DNA from: Arcobacteraceae bacterium
GTDB taxonomy: Bacteria > Campylobacterota > Campylobacteria > Campylobacterales > Arcobacteraceae
DNA: 64,000 nt
Direction of reading: 5' to 3'
NCBI GenBank assembly: GCA_965224485.1
Contig: CBDCZH010000010.1
Location: forward strand, 128,001 to 192,000
Shown here piece by piece: positions 1 to 10,520 of this stretch. The translations under genes and the position numbers were made by a program. The first letter of the stretch is position 1. Each line of letters starts with the position of its first letter. The notes beneath the pieces were generated by a model. That model made no database searches and was not told the DNA's origin. It worked only from the letters and a program-made list of their open reading frames with translations.

Positions 1-437
1 TATTAGAATACAAAGTTGACATTGCTTTTATAAATAATGAACCAACATATGATGATTTAGTTTTGTTAAAAAGATTTGATAATGAATTATTATATGTAGA
101 ATCAAAAAATAAAAATAAAAATAATAATACTATTTTAGGACATGAAGGTGTTTGTGCATTTTTTAATGCATTGAAACAGTATTATGCTTATTTGGGTATT
201 GAAGATTATGAAGTTTTAGAATTATCAAATTTTGAAGTTATTCTTGCTTGTGTTGAGCTAGGAATGGGAAGTACTTTATTACCTAAATCTATTGTTAAAA
301 GGTATGGATATTTAACTAAGGTAAAAGTTACTAAAATTGATAAAAAAATAGTAGATGTTCCAACTTGTTTAGTATGTAGAAAAGATAATTTGCCTAAAAT
401 AAGTGCTTATTTAAAAAAAGTTACTTTAGATGAATAA
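1..437 (+). CDS. LysR-family regulator, C-terminal substrate-binding domain (5' truncated by window edge)
   Basis: Typical LysR C-terminal pattern FEVILACVELGMGSTLLP; the frame is open to the window start. Confidence 0.75.
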   Translation, partial: LEYKVDIAFINNEPTYDDLVLLKRFDNELLYVESKNKNKNNNTILGHEGVCAFFNALKQYYAYLGIEDYEVLELSNFEVILACVELGMGSTLLPKSIVKRYGYLTKVKVTKIDKKIVDVPTCLVCRKDNLPKISAYLKKVTLDE

Positions 438-542
438 AATATTAAGTAAATAATATTTTTAAAATTATATATTCAAACTTATTTTTAAGGCTTTTCTAGT
501 AAAATCTTTTTTTAATAATAACTTTATATAAGGATAGTTTTT

Positions 543-1742
543 ATGAATAGAAGTAAAATATTTGGCTCTATGCTGATTATTGCAGGAACTACAATTGGTG
601 CTGGTATGTTAGCCTTGCCACTTGTAAGCGCACAACTTGGTTTTAGTGTTGCTAGTATAGTTATGTTTGTAATTTGGGCACTTATGACGTATACTGCTCT
701 TTTAATGATAGAAGTTCATCAATTTGCACCCATTGATGCAAGTTTACATACCTTGGCTTACAATTTATTAGGACGAAAAGGTCAAGTTATTGCTAGCTTT
801 TCTATGATATTCTTATTTTATGCTCTTTGTGCTGCTTATATTGCAGGAGGAGGGGAACAAGTACATTCTAAGCTAGTAGAATTTACAAATATAGATCTTC
901 CAATTCAAAGTGGAGCTATACTTTTTACTGTATTAATTGCTTTAGTTGTATCTGTTGGAACAAGAAGTGTAGATATTTTAAATAGATTTTTGTTTGCTTT
1001 TAAAGTTATAGCTTTAATAATCATGCTTTCATTTTTATTCCCTTTTGCTTCAATGACAAACTTATTAGCTCTTCCAATTGAACAAGGTTTTATTTTAGCT
1101 GCTTTACCTATAGTTTTCACATCTTTTGGTTTCCATGGGTCTATTCCTTCAATTGTAAAATATATGAATAAAGACACTAAATCTCTACGAATAATTATGA
1201 TAGTTGGTTCTTTTTTACCACTAATTATCTATCTTTTATGGCAAATAGCAGCTTTGGGTGTTTTATCTCAAGAAACCCTGCTTCAACATAAGGGGCTTAA
1301 CTCTTTTATTCTTGGACTTAGCTCATTTTTGCACAATTCTCAAATTTCAAATGTTGTTTCAATTTTTGCAAATCTTGCATTAGCTACTTCATTTTTAGGT
1401 GTTAGTTTAGGATTATTTGATTTTATTGCAGATATTTTAAAAGCAAAAGATTCTAAAATAAAAAGATTTAATACTACAATTGTGACATTTTTGCCACCTC
1501 TTGCTTTTGCTTTGTTTTATCCCCAAGGTTTTATAACAGCTCTTGGTTATGCTGCTTTTGCATTAGTTATTTTAGCTGTGTTTTTACCAGTTGCTATGGT
1601 TTATGCTCAAAGAAAACAAAATATTCAAGATGCTTATGTAGTTAAAGGTGGAAACCTTGCGCTTTTCTTTGTGGCTTCTTTTGGAGTTTTAATAATAAGT
1701 GTACAAGTTTTACAGATGTTTGGTCTTCTCTCTTCTTTATAA
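543..1742 (+). CDS. tyrP: Aromatic amino acid permease (TyrP/Mtr, HAAAP family)
   Basis: IAGTTIGAGMLALP and FTSFGFHGSIPS motifs; multiple TM helices. Confidence 0.85.
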   Translation: MNRSKIFGSMLIIAGTTIGAGMLALPLVSAQLGFSVASIVMFVIWALMTYTALLMIEVHQFAPIDASLHTLAYNLLGRKGQVIASFSMIFLFYALCAAYIAGGGEQVHSKLVEFTNIDLPIQSGAILFTVLIALVVSVGTRSVDILNRFLFAFKVIALIIMLSFLFPFASMTNLLALPIEQGFILAALPIVFTSFGFHGSIPSIVKYMNKDTKSLRIIMIVGSFLPLIIYLLWQIAALGVLSQETLLQHKGLNSFILGLSSFLHNSQISNVVSIFANLALATSFLGVSLGLFDFIADILKAKDSKIKRFNTTIVTFLPPLAFALFYPQGFITALGYAAFALVILAVFLPVAMVYAQRKQNIQDAYVVKGGNLALFFVASFGVLIISVQVLQMFGLLSSL

Positions 1743-1750
1743 AAAATAGA

Positions 1751-1778
1751 AAAGAAGAACTATTTTATGTTCTTCTTT
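1751..1778. terminator. Bidirectional intrinsic terminator
   Basis: aaagaagaac-N8-gttcttcttt hairpin between convergent genes. Confidence 0.65.
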
Positions 1779-1790
1779 CCAAAATCTAAA

Positions 1791-2708
1791 TCAACCGTTT
1801 CTTAGTTTATCTCTTAACTCACCTAATTTTTGTGCAATAATATTTGCTTTTTTCTCTAATTTTGAAACATGACCAAAAGTTTCTAGAATAACCAGATGAT
1901 TTTGTGATATTGCTTCATTTATTAACTCTAATAAAGGAACAAAGTTCTCAAAATAAGAAGATTTATCTTTCATTTTTTCTTTGAAATCATAGTCTATTCC
2001 TTGTAAAAACTTTGAAATAGCAATTAAATTACCTTTTAATTGATAAAACTTATCATCATTTGTAAAAAAATTAGATTTTATCATTGTATTAGTTTGCAGT
2101 TGTTGTTTTAACTTATCAAATACTTCAGCTAGGTTATCTGAGTTTATTATAAATACTGCTTCTTTATCATTCATTGAGACTTTTGAATCTTTTTTTAGTT
2201 GTTTGATATAAGATTCTATATTAGAAACTGTTTGTTCTAATCTTGTAGTATAAGAAGTAAAAAGTGGTAAAGAATAATCAGCATAAATATTTGAGCGTGC
2301 TTTTACAATATACTTATTAGCTCCACCTGTTCCTCTATTTCGTGCAAGGTTATTTTCTAAGGTATTAACAGCAATTCTATACATCTCTATTTGACCAACT
2401 TGCTCAAAATATTTGTTATCAATATACAAATTCACACCTGTAAAGTTTGTAACTAAACCCTCAGATAATAAATCATTAATACCATTTCTAAGAGAATAAA
2501 CAGTAGTTTTTCCTGATAGTTCTTCATACTTTGTAACATCTTTTACTTTATTACTTGTAATACTGTAAAAAGGCGCTACTAATAAACTTATAGGGAAAAA
2601 CCATAATATAATTGATATTATAGATACTAGCATAATATTAAAAAGCACTTTAAAAAATGATTTCCAATCTTGCGTGGAAGCGCAAAGTTTGTCTTTTAAT
2701 AGTGACAT
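1791..2708 (-). CDS. Membrane-anchored hypothetical protein, possibly DUF2333-like
   Basis: N-terminal TM followed by a helical domain; weak resemblance to DUF2333. Confidence 0.45.
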   Translation of the reverse strand: MSLLKDKLCASTQDWKSFFKVLFNIMLVSIISIILWFFPISLLVAPFYSITSNKVKDVTKYEELSGKTTVYSLRNGINDLLSEGLVTNFTGVNLYIDNKYFEQVGQIEMYRIAVNTLENNLARNRGTGGANKYIVKARSNIYADYSLPLFTSYTTRLEQTVSNIESYIKQLKKDSKVSMNDKEAVFIINSDNLAEVFDKLKQQLQTNTMIKSNFFTNDDKFYQLKGNLIAISKFLQGIDYDFKEKMKDKSSYFENFVPLLELINEAISQNHLVILETFGHVSKLEKKANIIAQKLGELRDKLRNG

Positions 2709-2806
2709 AAATAATCCTTGTAATAATTTATATATTTATTTTATCATAAGTAAATTAATGAATTATATATAACTATAAAAGTTTTACTTTATGTTAGACT
2801 ATAAAT

Positions 2807-3247
2807 ATGAAAACAAAAATTTATTCTTATTTTTTAGTTTTAATTCAAGCTATAATTATTCTCTTGCTCTTATTTCTAAATGAATCTATTTTTACTAATA
2901 CTATTTCTATATTTGTTTTTTTTCTTGCTTTACTATTTGGTTTTTATACTTTAAGTTTTAATAAACTATTTAATTTTAATATTTCACCTTTAATAAAAAA
3001 AGATGCTATGTTGATTACTTCTGGAGCATATAAATATATACGTCATCCAATGTATTTTTCCGTTTTTTTAATGATGTTTTCAATTATATTATTAGATATA
3101 AATATGATAAATATTTTTTTATACACTTCTTTACTTTTAGTTCTATATCTAAAAGCAAAAAAAGAAGAAAGTTTATGGAGTAAAGAATCCGTAAAATACA
3201 AAGAATATATGAAAAAAACAAAAATGTTCATTCCTTTTATTTTGTAA
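2807..3247 (+). CDS. Isoprenylcysteine carboxylmethyltransferase/PEMT-family membrane protein
   Basis: LITSGAYKYIRHPMY, KEESL and YMKKTKMFIP motifs. Confidence 0.85.
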   Translation: MKTKIYSYFLVLIQAIIILLLLFLNESIFTNTISIFVFFLALLFGFYTLSFNKLFNFNISPLIKKDAMLITSGAYKYIRHPMYFSVFLMMFSIILLDINMINIFLYTSLLLVLYLKAKKEESLWSKESVKYKEYMKKTKMFIPFIL

Positions 3248-3528
3248 TTTTAGTAAATCTTATTTTAATATATTTGGACATACTATTGAATAATGTATTG
3301 ATATTGAAAAATACTATATAAGCTAGGGAAGGTTTTTGTTCTATAAACGAAGCTTATGGAAAACTTAGTTCTTATTGTATTTATAATAAAATAATATTTG
3401 TTAAAGAGATGAGATGCCTAAAATAAGAGGAAAATTTACCATATTAAATTAAAATAATTCTTTAACTTGATTTTTAAGCTTGTAAAAATAATTTTTCTTT
3501 GATAAAATAAGCACTCAAAGGAAATAAA

Positions 3529-4581
3529 ATGATTTCTAGTATTGCTTTAGAAGAATTAATTAAAGAAAATGAACTCAAAGAAAAATTTCATAAAACCCAC
3601 TTAGATGAACATGACAAAGGTATAGTCAAACTTTCAGGAATATCCAAAGCTTCTTCTGAAAATGCTTTGGAAATTGCAAGTGATAATTTATTAAAATATA
3701 GAGAAATGCTTGAAAAATTGCAAACAGAAGAAGGAAAAGAATTAGAGAAAAAAATATTACTAGAAGAAGCAGCTAAAAGAAAAAAATATTTTGATTCCCA
3801 AGATTCACGTATAAAATTAAATATGGAAGAATCTAGCGATATTAAATTAGAGGCCTTGCGTATTATTGCTGAGTTATCTACTCAAGCTCAATTTGAAGAC
3901 GAAAAACTTTTTGAACTTGCTACAAAATCTATTGAACTAAGTCTTCCTGAATTAAGTGAATTATTAAATACCCTAGGAAATATAAAAAAAGATTTTAAAT
4001 CAACTTTAAAACAAAGTGATGAAGAAAGTATTGAAGAAATAGCTAGTATTGATAGTTTCATTCCTATTATAATTTTACATTTCAATATTTTATTTGAAAA
4101 TATAAATGAAAGTGTTCGAAATCATAATGAGAAAGCAAAAGCAAATAATGAAGATGAACTAAATGAGAAGATGGAATATAAAAGTTTTTCAGGTTTTCCT
4201 CGTTATGAAGATTGGTGGATTCGAGAATTATGGTTAAGTCATCAGGCTTATTTTGCTTTATTTAAATGGAAAAGTATTATTACAGCTCAATGTTTTACTT
4301 TGGAACAAAAAAAAGCTTGGAGTATAATTTTTGATAATTGGATATTTGTCAAAAAGATTCTAAATGATAAAGGTCTTTTAGCCTTTAACTATCATTATGC
4401 TTTTGATAATGCAATTAAAAAATATGCGCAACTTGAAGAAGAATTAGAAGAAAAAAATATTATTTCTATGGAACATATTATAAATGAAATTACAATAAAA
4501 GAAGATTTCTCAAAAAACATCTCTTTTCATGATGTTAAAACACCTTATTTAAAATATAAATTAGAAAAAGAAAAGAAGTAG
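3529..4581 (+). CDS. Hypothetical protein
   Basis: 350-aa ORF with AAAGGA RBS; no recognised motif. Confidence 0.6.
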   Translation: MISSIALEELIKENELKEKFHKTHLDEHDKGIVKLSGISKASSENALEIASDNLLKYREMLEKLQTEEGKELEKKILLEEAAKRKKYFDSQDSRIKLNMEESSDIKLEALRIIAELSTQAQFEDEKLFELATKSIELSLPELSELLNTLGNIKKDFKSTLKQSDEESIEEIASIDSFIPIIILHFNILFENINESVRNHNEKAKANNEDELNEKMEYKSFSGFPRYEDWWIRELWLSHQAYFALFKWKSIITAQCFTLEQKKAWSIIFDNWIFVKKILNDKGLLAFNYHYAFDNAIKKYAQLEEELEEKNIISMEHIINEITIKEDFSKNISFHDVKTPYLKYKLEKEKK

Positions 4582-4642
4582 ATATAGGAAATACAAAGAT
4601 ATTTCCTTATATCTTTGTATATATTCAAATATGATTTTAGCG

Positions 4643-5055
4643 TTAAGAACTCTTATAAAGATAGACCTTCACGCTTTTTCACTTTTGTTCAGGCATCTTT
4701 TTTAATCGAAATAAACGAAGCTTACTCGATTAAGTTATTTAAGTGTTAAAAAGCCAAAATGCCCAATATAAAAATGAATTTGTAAATATGTATTAGAACT
4801 ATATCTGCGTTAGCAGACAAATAATCTTTCCTTTAAATCTACATCTGCAAGAGCTAAATATTTTTTATTGATTTACGTAACCCAAAAATTTCTGTTTGAA
4901 CGTGAAGAAAGATGCCCTCAGGCATGTTTTAGTAAGTTATATTTTTAAGTAAATCAGTAAAAAATATTTAGGTAGCCTTTAGGCCGATGAAGCCGTAGCC
5001 AATTTCTTGTTTCTTCTTTTTGGCAAAAGAAGAAAAGAGCGGGAACTGAAAGTTT
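4643..5055. repeat. Modular palindromic repeat, unit 1 (short left arm + core + arm A)
   Basis: Begins AACTCTTATAAAG..ACCTTCACGCTTTTT and ends GAAAAGAGCGGGAACTG; 4812-5050 is nearly identical to 6339-6577. Confidence 0.85.
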
Positions 5056-5150
5056 TCATGATAGAGCTAGAATATTCTAACGCAATTGATATATAAACTA
5101 ACAAATAAATATTTTATAAATTTTAGAATATCTTTTATATAGTTTTGACT

Positions 5151-5545
5151 TTTAAAACTCTTACAAAGGTAAACCTTCGTGCTTTTTTCCCTTACAGGAT
5201 TGTTCACTTCGTTCAGGCATCTTTTTTTGTCGATCAAAAAGAAACAAAAAAGTCGACTGCCAGTTGCTTAAGCCCTCCGGGTGCCTAGAGTTCAAGAATT
5301 AACGCACAAAGTTTGCCTTATGCTAAAGAGCATAAGTTTTCCATTGTTTCTCTGTGCTACAGAACTTCCTAAAACATGCATTTACGGCATCTTTCTTAAC
5401 GGTCAAACATGCTTCGCTTTCCACCGAAAATAAACTCTCAAACTCTAGCTTCCTCAAAGGCAGGAAAAGAGCAAGTAGTTTAAATGTCCAATGTAAAAAT
5501 GTATTTATAACTATGTATTAAAATTATATCTACGAAGAAGACAAA
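5151..5545. repeat. Modular palindromic repeat, unit 2 (arm B + core, right arm missing)
   Basis: Same left end as unit 1; 5221-5475 is homologous to 6779-6989. Confidence 0.85.
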
Positions 5546-5591
5546 AAACCTTGATTAGGTGTATCTTTTTTAATATTATTAGTAATACTCT

Positions 5592-5843
5592 TTAGATAAA
5601 GAAGACAGAGTTGATATAAAAACTGTTGAGTATTCTTATCCTATAGGTATGCCAATATGCAGAAAGTTAGATAATAAGTTATATGAAGTTAGAAGTAATA
5701 TTTCTAATAAAAGGATCGCACGAGTTATATTTACAATTATAAAAGAGTATATGATTTTATTAAATGGATTTATTAAAAAGACTCAAAAAACACCAAAAGG
5801 TGAAATTGAATTAGCTTTAAAAAGAATGAAGGAAATTAAATGA
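5592..5843 (+). pseudogene. RelE/ParE (Gp49/DUF891-like) toxin, N-terminally truncated
   Basis: In-frame LDKEDRVDIKTVEYSYPIGMP precedes LYEVRS..RIARV..LLNGFIKKTQKTP..LALKR; no start codon for the N-terminal part. Confidence 0.7.
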
Positions 5844-6124
5844 AATTAGAAAAAAATATGGAAAGTGATTTTAATGAATTTTTAAAAGAAGATGGTATTT
5901 ATGAAGAAGTAAATGATATAGCAATTAAAAGAGTAATTGCCTATCAGTTAGAAGAAGAAATGAAAGTTCAAAATATCACAAAAACAAAGATGGCTAGTAT
6001 GATGAATACAAGTAGGGCAGTAGTAAATAGATTATTAAATCCAGATAACAGTTCTTTAACCTTAAATACCCTAGAGAAAGCAACAATAGTCTTAGGAAAG
6101 AAATTAAAAATTTCAATTGTTTAA
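5840..6124 (+). CDS. XRE/HTH antitoxin
   Basis: ITKTKMASMMNTSRAVVNRLLNPDNSSLTLNTL HTH; ATGA-type overlap with the toxin ORF. Confidence 0.8.
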   Translation: MKLEKNMESDFNEFLKEDGIYEEVNDIAIKRVIAYQLEEEMKVQNITKTKMASMMNTSRAVVNRLLNPDNSSLTLNTLEKATIVLGKKLKISIV

Positions 6125-6157
6125 TATTTAATAAACTAATAAATAATAGTTTTAGCT

Positions 6158-6600
6158 TTTAGAACTCTAAAGGTAAACCTTCACGCTTTTTTCCCTCACA
6201 GGATTGTTCACTTAGTTCAGGCATCTTTTTTTAATCTAAAGAAACGAAACATGCACGAGAAAGTTGTTTTATTATCAAAATCTAAATACCCAATACAAAA
6301 ATGTATTTATAAATATGTATCAAAACCATATCTGCTTTAGCAGACAAATAATCTTTCCTTTAAATCTACATCTGCAAGAGCTAAATATTTTTTATTGATT
6401 TACGTAACCCAAAAATTTCTGTTTGAACGTGAAGAAAGATGCCCTCAGGCATGTTTTAGTAAGTTATATTTTTAAGTAAATCAATAAAAAATATTTAGGT
6501 AGCCTTTAGGCCGATGAAGCCGTAGACACTTTCTTGTTTCTTCTTTTTGGCAAAAGAAGAAAAGAGCGGGAACTGGAAGTTTACAAGAGCAAATACCAGT
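6158..6600. repeat. Modular palindromic repeat, unit 3
   Basis: Near-copy of unit 1 about 1527 bp downstream. Confidence 0.85.
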
Positions 6601-6739
6601 TATTTAAAACTATTTTAAAGTATAAACTAATAAATATATTCTAATTGTTAAATGCATTGCTAAAATATACTAGTAGTGTAAAGTAAAAATGTACCACCAA
6701 GAAGATATAAAATAATATAAGTCTTATATTATTTTAACT

Positions 6740-7310
6740 TTAAGAACTCTTATAAAGGTAAACCTTCACGCTTTTTTTCTTTTTTTGTCGATCAAAAAGA
6801 AACAAAAAAGTCGACTGCCGGTTGCTGAAGCCCTCCGGGTGCCTAGAGTTCAAGAATTCATTTTCTGCGCTCCAGAACTCGCTAAAACATGCCCTTACGG
6901 CACCTTTTTAAACGCTCAAACATGCTTCGCTTTCCACCGAAAATAAACTCTCAAACTCTAGCTTCCTCAAAGGCAGGAAAAGAGCAAGTAATCAAAATGC
7001 CCAATACAAAAATTAATTTATTAATATGTATTAAAACTATATCTGCTTAGTAGAGGAATAAGGAAACTTGTGCTCTTTAGCACAAGGCAAACCTTGTGAG
7101 TAAGTTTCTTTATTTTATGGCTAATCAAGAAAATCAAAAACTTTAGGTAGTTGAAGACCTCCGAAACAGTAGTTGTTTTTATCGAGGAATTTGCTCGTGC
7201 CTCGTGCATGCTTACTTTTTGTCAATACATGCCGAAACGAAGTGACTAAATCCTGAAAGGTAAAAGTAAGAAAGCGGGAACTGGAAGTTTACAAGAGCAA
7301 ATACCAGTTA
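6740..7310. repeat. Modular palindromic repeat, unit 4 (arm B + core + variant right arm)
   Basis: Left arm as in unit 2; right end AGCGGGAACTGGAAGTTTACAAGAGCAAATACCAGTTA shared with unit 3. Confidence 0.85.
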
Positions 7311-7569
7311 GTTCTTAATTATCTAAAATGAAAATTCAACCTCAGGGGGTGTAATTTCCTATATATCAATATCACTCTATCCTACCTTCATAATATTAAT
7401 AAGCTTTTTTTATCTAGATATTTGGATAATTTTTATCTCACTTATTATAAAAACTGAAATTTAACATTAGGGCGGTGAGTAATTTTTTATAAGTTTACAA
7501 ATTAAATTAAATTATTATTTATATAATTAAGCTCTATTTTATTACAATCTATACTTCAAAGGAATTTAA

Positions 7570-9169
7570 ATGATAAAATCTTTATTTGTAGAAAATTTGA
7601 GAAGTCTTGAAAGTAAAAAGGTTGAGTTAAAACCACTTACAGTTCTAGTTGGTAAAAATAGTAGTGGTAAAAGTTCTTTTTTAAGAATTTTCCCTTTACT
7701 TCGACAATCTACAGAATCGAAAACTCTGGGACCTATATTATGGTTCGGGAGATATGTAGATTATGGTGCCTTTTCTGAAGCAAAAGCAAGAGATGAAGAT
7801 TCAAAATATATAAAATTTGGATTTGATATTTCATTAGATTTCAGTACGTTAAATGGAAGACGTACAAGAAGATATGCACGAGAAGAATCTTTTGATATTG
7901 AAGTTAAACTATCTGTTTCCGATAAAAAAACAAGTCAAAGTTCTTTTTTAAGTCAAATTGAAATAAATATTGAAAAATTAGATTTTGTTATGAACTTTGA
8001 AAATAATTATTTATCAAGCTTTAAAATTAATGATGTTGAAATACTTGAACTAAAGAATAAAAATGATATTAAAATTGATTATTCTGGTAGATCATTTATT
8101 CCTAAAATATTACAAAAATATAAGAAACGTTCATATAATGAGAATAATGAGAATAATGAGAATAATTATTATTGATGATTATTCATCTATTTCATTTAAC
8201 AATTTTATATCAAGTTTTGGACTACTTTTTATAAAAAAATACTTTTGGCATACAACTCACACGGATACAATATCAGATGGTATTGATTCTATTGGATTTG
8301 TTACAAAAGAAATGTTCTATGATAGAGCATTAATAGCATTTAAAAATCAAAGTAAGTTTTTAGAGAACTATAAAGATTCAGAGTTAAGTACGGAAATTCA
8401 TGAAGATATGTACATAAGTATGATTCTATATAATTTTACTAATCTATTAACTTCAGTTGATAAAGTTTTGCATGAATCTTTTAGTTCCGTAAAATATTTG
8501 GCACCATTACGTTCAACTGCACAACGTTATTATAGGTTTCAAGATTTGCAAGTTAATGAAATTGATCATGAAGGCTCAAATATAGCAATGTTTATTTATT
8601 CATTAACTGATAGAGAACGTAAAACACTTCAAGAATGGACAAGAGAAAGTTTAGGTTTTATTGTTAAAGTTATTAGTGAAGGATTACATTATTCACTATT
8701 AATTAAATTGAATGATGATGATAATGAATATAATATAAGTGACATGGGATTTGGATTCTCTCAAATCTTACCCATAGTTATTACCTTATGGACAGAAATT
8801 TTTAGACCGACTAGAATAAAAAGAAGATTCAGTACAACAAAATATTTTGTAATAGAGCAACCAGAACTGCACTTACATCCAAATATGCAAGCAAAGCTAT
8901 CTAAGTTATTTATAAATATAATTAATTATATAAAAACAAAAAATATAGATGTTAAAATTATTTTTGAAACACACAGTAATACAATGATTGAAGCTTTAGG
9001 TGAATCAATAGAGGAAAAAGTTATTGATAGAAATGATGTCTCTGTAATTATTTTTGATAAAGATACACCAACCTCTAAGACTAAAATAAAACAAACAAGT
9101 TTTGATGAAAATGGATACTTATTAGATTGGCCTATTGGATTTTTTTCAGGTAATGAATATGGTAATTGA
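7570..9169 (+). CDS. ABC/AAA_15-type ATPase (DUF3696-like C-terminus), split by a frameshift near 8170
   Basis: Walker A GKNSSGKS in 7570-8175; signature GFGFSQILP, Walker B IEQPELHLHP and ETHS in 8063-9169; C-terminal DWPIGFF. Confidence 0.8.
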
Positions 9170-10235
9170 AATTATAAATTATAGTGGAAAATTGAATACT
9201 GATAAAATAAGTTCTCTAACAAATTTATTGTTATCATCTAAACATGGTTATCATTTGATATTTTCTAGTAGAAATTTCTTTGATAGAATTTTAAGTTCTG
9301 ATGAATTTAGTCCTTTTTTAAAAAGTGTTGCAGTTCGAGATAGAGCCAATTTAACATTTAACTATGAATTATTAAAGCACATAAATATATTTATACAGGT
9401 AGATTTTGAAAGTTTATTAGATCCATATTCAATAGAAAAAGGTAGTCAACATATTATCATGTTAAGTTACCGTTACTTTATAGAATCTCTATCAATAGCT
9501 CCAACAGCTCTTTTAACTGAAAATATTTCTGATTATAGGCTTTTTAAAATAATTACACAACTTTATATGAAAAAAAACAACTTTTTACTAAATTATAATT
9601 TTAAAAATGAGCATGGTGGTGGATCTGCTATTAAATCAGTATTTGATGAATCAAAGAGTGTTAATAGATTATGTTTATGCTTGCTCGATAATGATAAGAA
9701 ACATCCTAAAGGAGCAAAAGGTACTACAATTGGTGCTTTTCCTATTAATTATTTTTTATTGGTGAATACAGTAAAGGCATTAGATATTGATGTACATGAA
9801 ATTGAATCTCTAATTCCAATGGATATTATTGAAGAAGTTCTTTATGAAAATAATGAAAGCTCAATATTGTCATTTAATATTTTAAAAAAAATAATGATTA
9901 ATGATCCAACTACTAAATATTATTTTGATCACAAAAAAGGTTTTACTGTTAATAAAATTTATGAACTAGAAACACATGGAACATATTGGGTCCCCTTGTT
10001 ATCTCCTTTCGTTAAAAACACTTGTTTTAGTGATGAACACTGTACCTGTAAAGTTAAATGTATGGCCATAAATTGTTTTGGTGAAGGAATTTATCCTCAA
10101 TCTATAAATAAGATGGAAAAATTATCTCTTAAAAAAATAGAAAAAATTCTTAATGAATTAGAAATAAAATGGGATCAAATTGGAAAAGAATTGTTTTCAT
10201 GGGGATGTGCATCAAAAAAACAACGTGTCAACTGA
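9159..10235 (+). CDS. TOPRIM-like nuclease partner of the ATPase (AriB/OLD-like)
   Basis: LLTENISD, HGGG, LLDND and HEIES motifs in TOPRIM order; overlaps the ATPase stop. Confidence 0.55.
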   Translation: MVIEIINYSGKLNTDKISSLTNLLLSSKHGYHLIFSSRNFFDRILSSDEFSPFLKSVAVRDRANLTFNYELLKHINIFIQVDFESLLDPYSIEKGSQHIIMLSYRYFIESLSIAPTALLTENISDYRLFKIITQLYMKKNNFLLNYNFKNEHGGGSAIKSVFDESKSVNRLCLCLLDNDKKHPKGAKGTTIGAFPINYFLLVNTVKALDIDVHEIESLIPMDIIEEVLYENNESSILSFNILKKIMINDPTTKYYFDHKKGFTVNKIYELETHGTYWVPLLSPFVKNTCFSDEHCTCKVKCMAINCFGEGIYPQSINKMEKLSLKKIEKILNELEIKWDQIGKELFSWGCASKKQRVN

Positions 10236-10520
10236 GACTTTTTATTGAATTACACCCCCCCCCTTCAGTTACCACGTAAAAAGTAGCTTAAATTAATCGA
10301 TAATTTTTATATTTTCTTCCTTCCAAGATACTCTTTTTTCATAAAGAGTATTATCGAAGTTTTTATTATTTTTAAAAAGTGAATGTGCGATTAAAATCAT
10401 TTTCTTCATAACTGCTATTTTCTATTATAAGAGGGCTAATAAATTCCACTTTTATAAATAAATAAAATTACACCCCAGGGGTAATAAATCCACTTTTAGA
10501 AATAAAAATGGAAATTATTT

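Noticed and set aside
7021..7209. 62-aa minus-strand ORF
   Set aside because: Lies wholly inside repeat unit 4; probably spurious
4643..7310. CRISPR array or integron attC array
   Set aside because: Units are 400-570 bp with no constant short repeat plus unique spacers; no cas or intI gene in the window and no clear attC R-box pattern
8135..8166. 9-bp tandem repeat as a phase-variation switch for the ATPase
   Set aside because: Unit length is a multiple of three, so slippage cannot restore or break the frame
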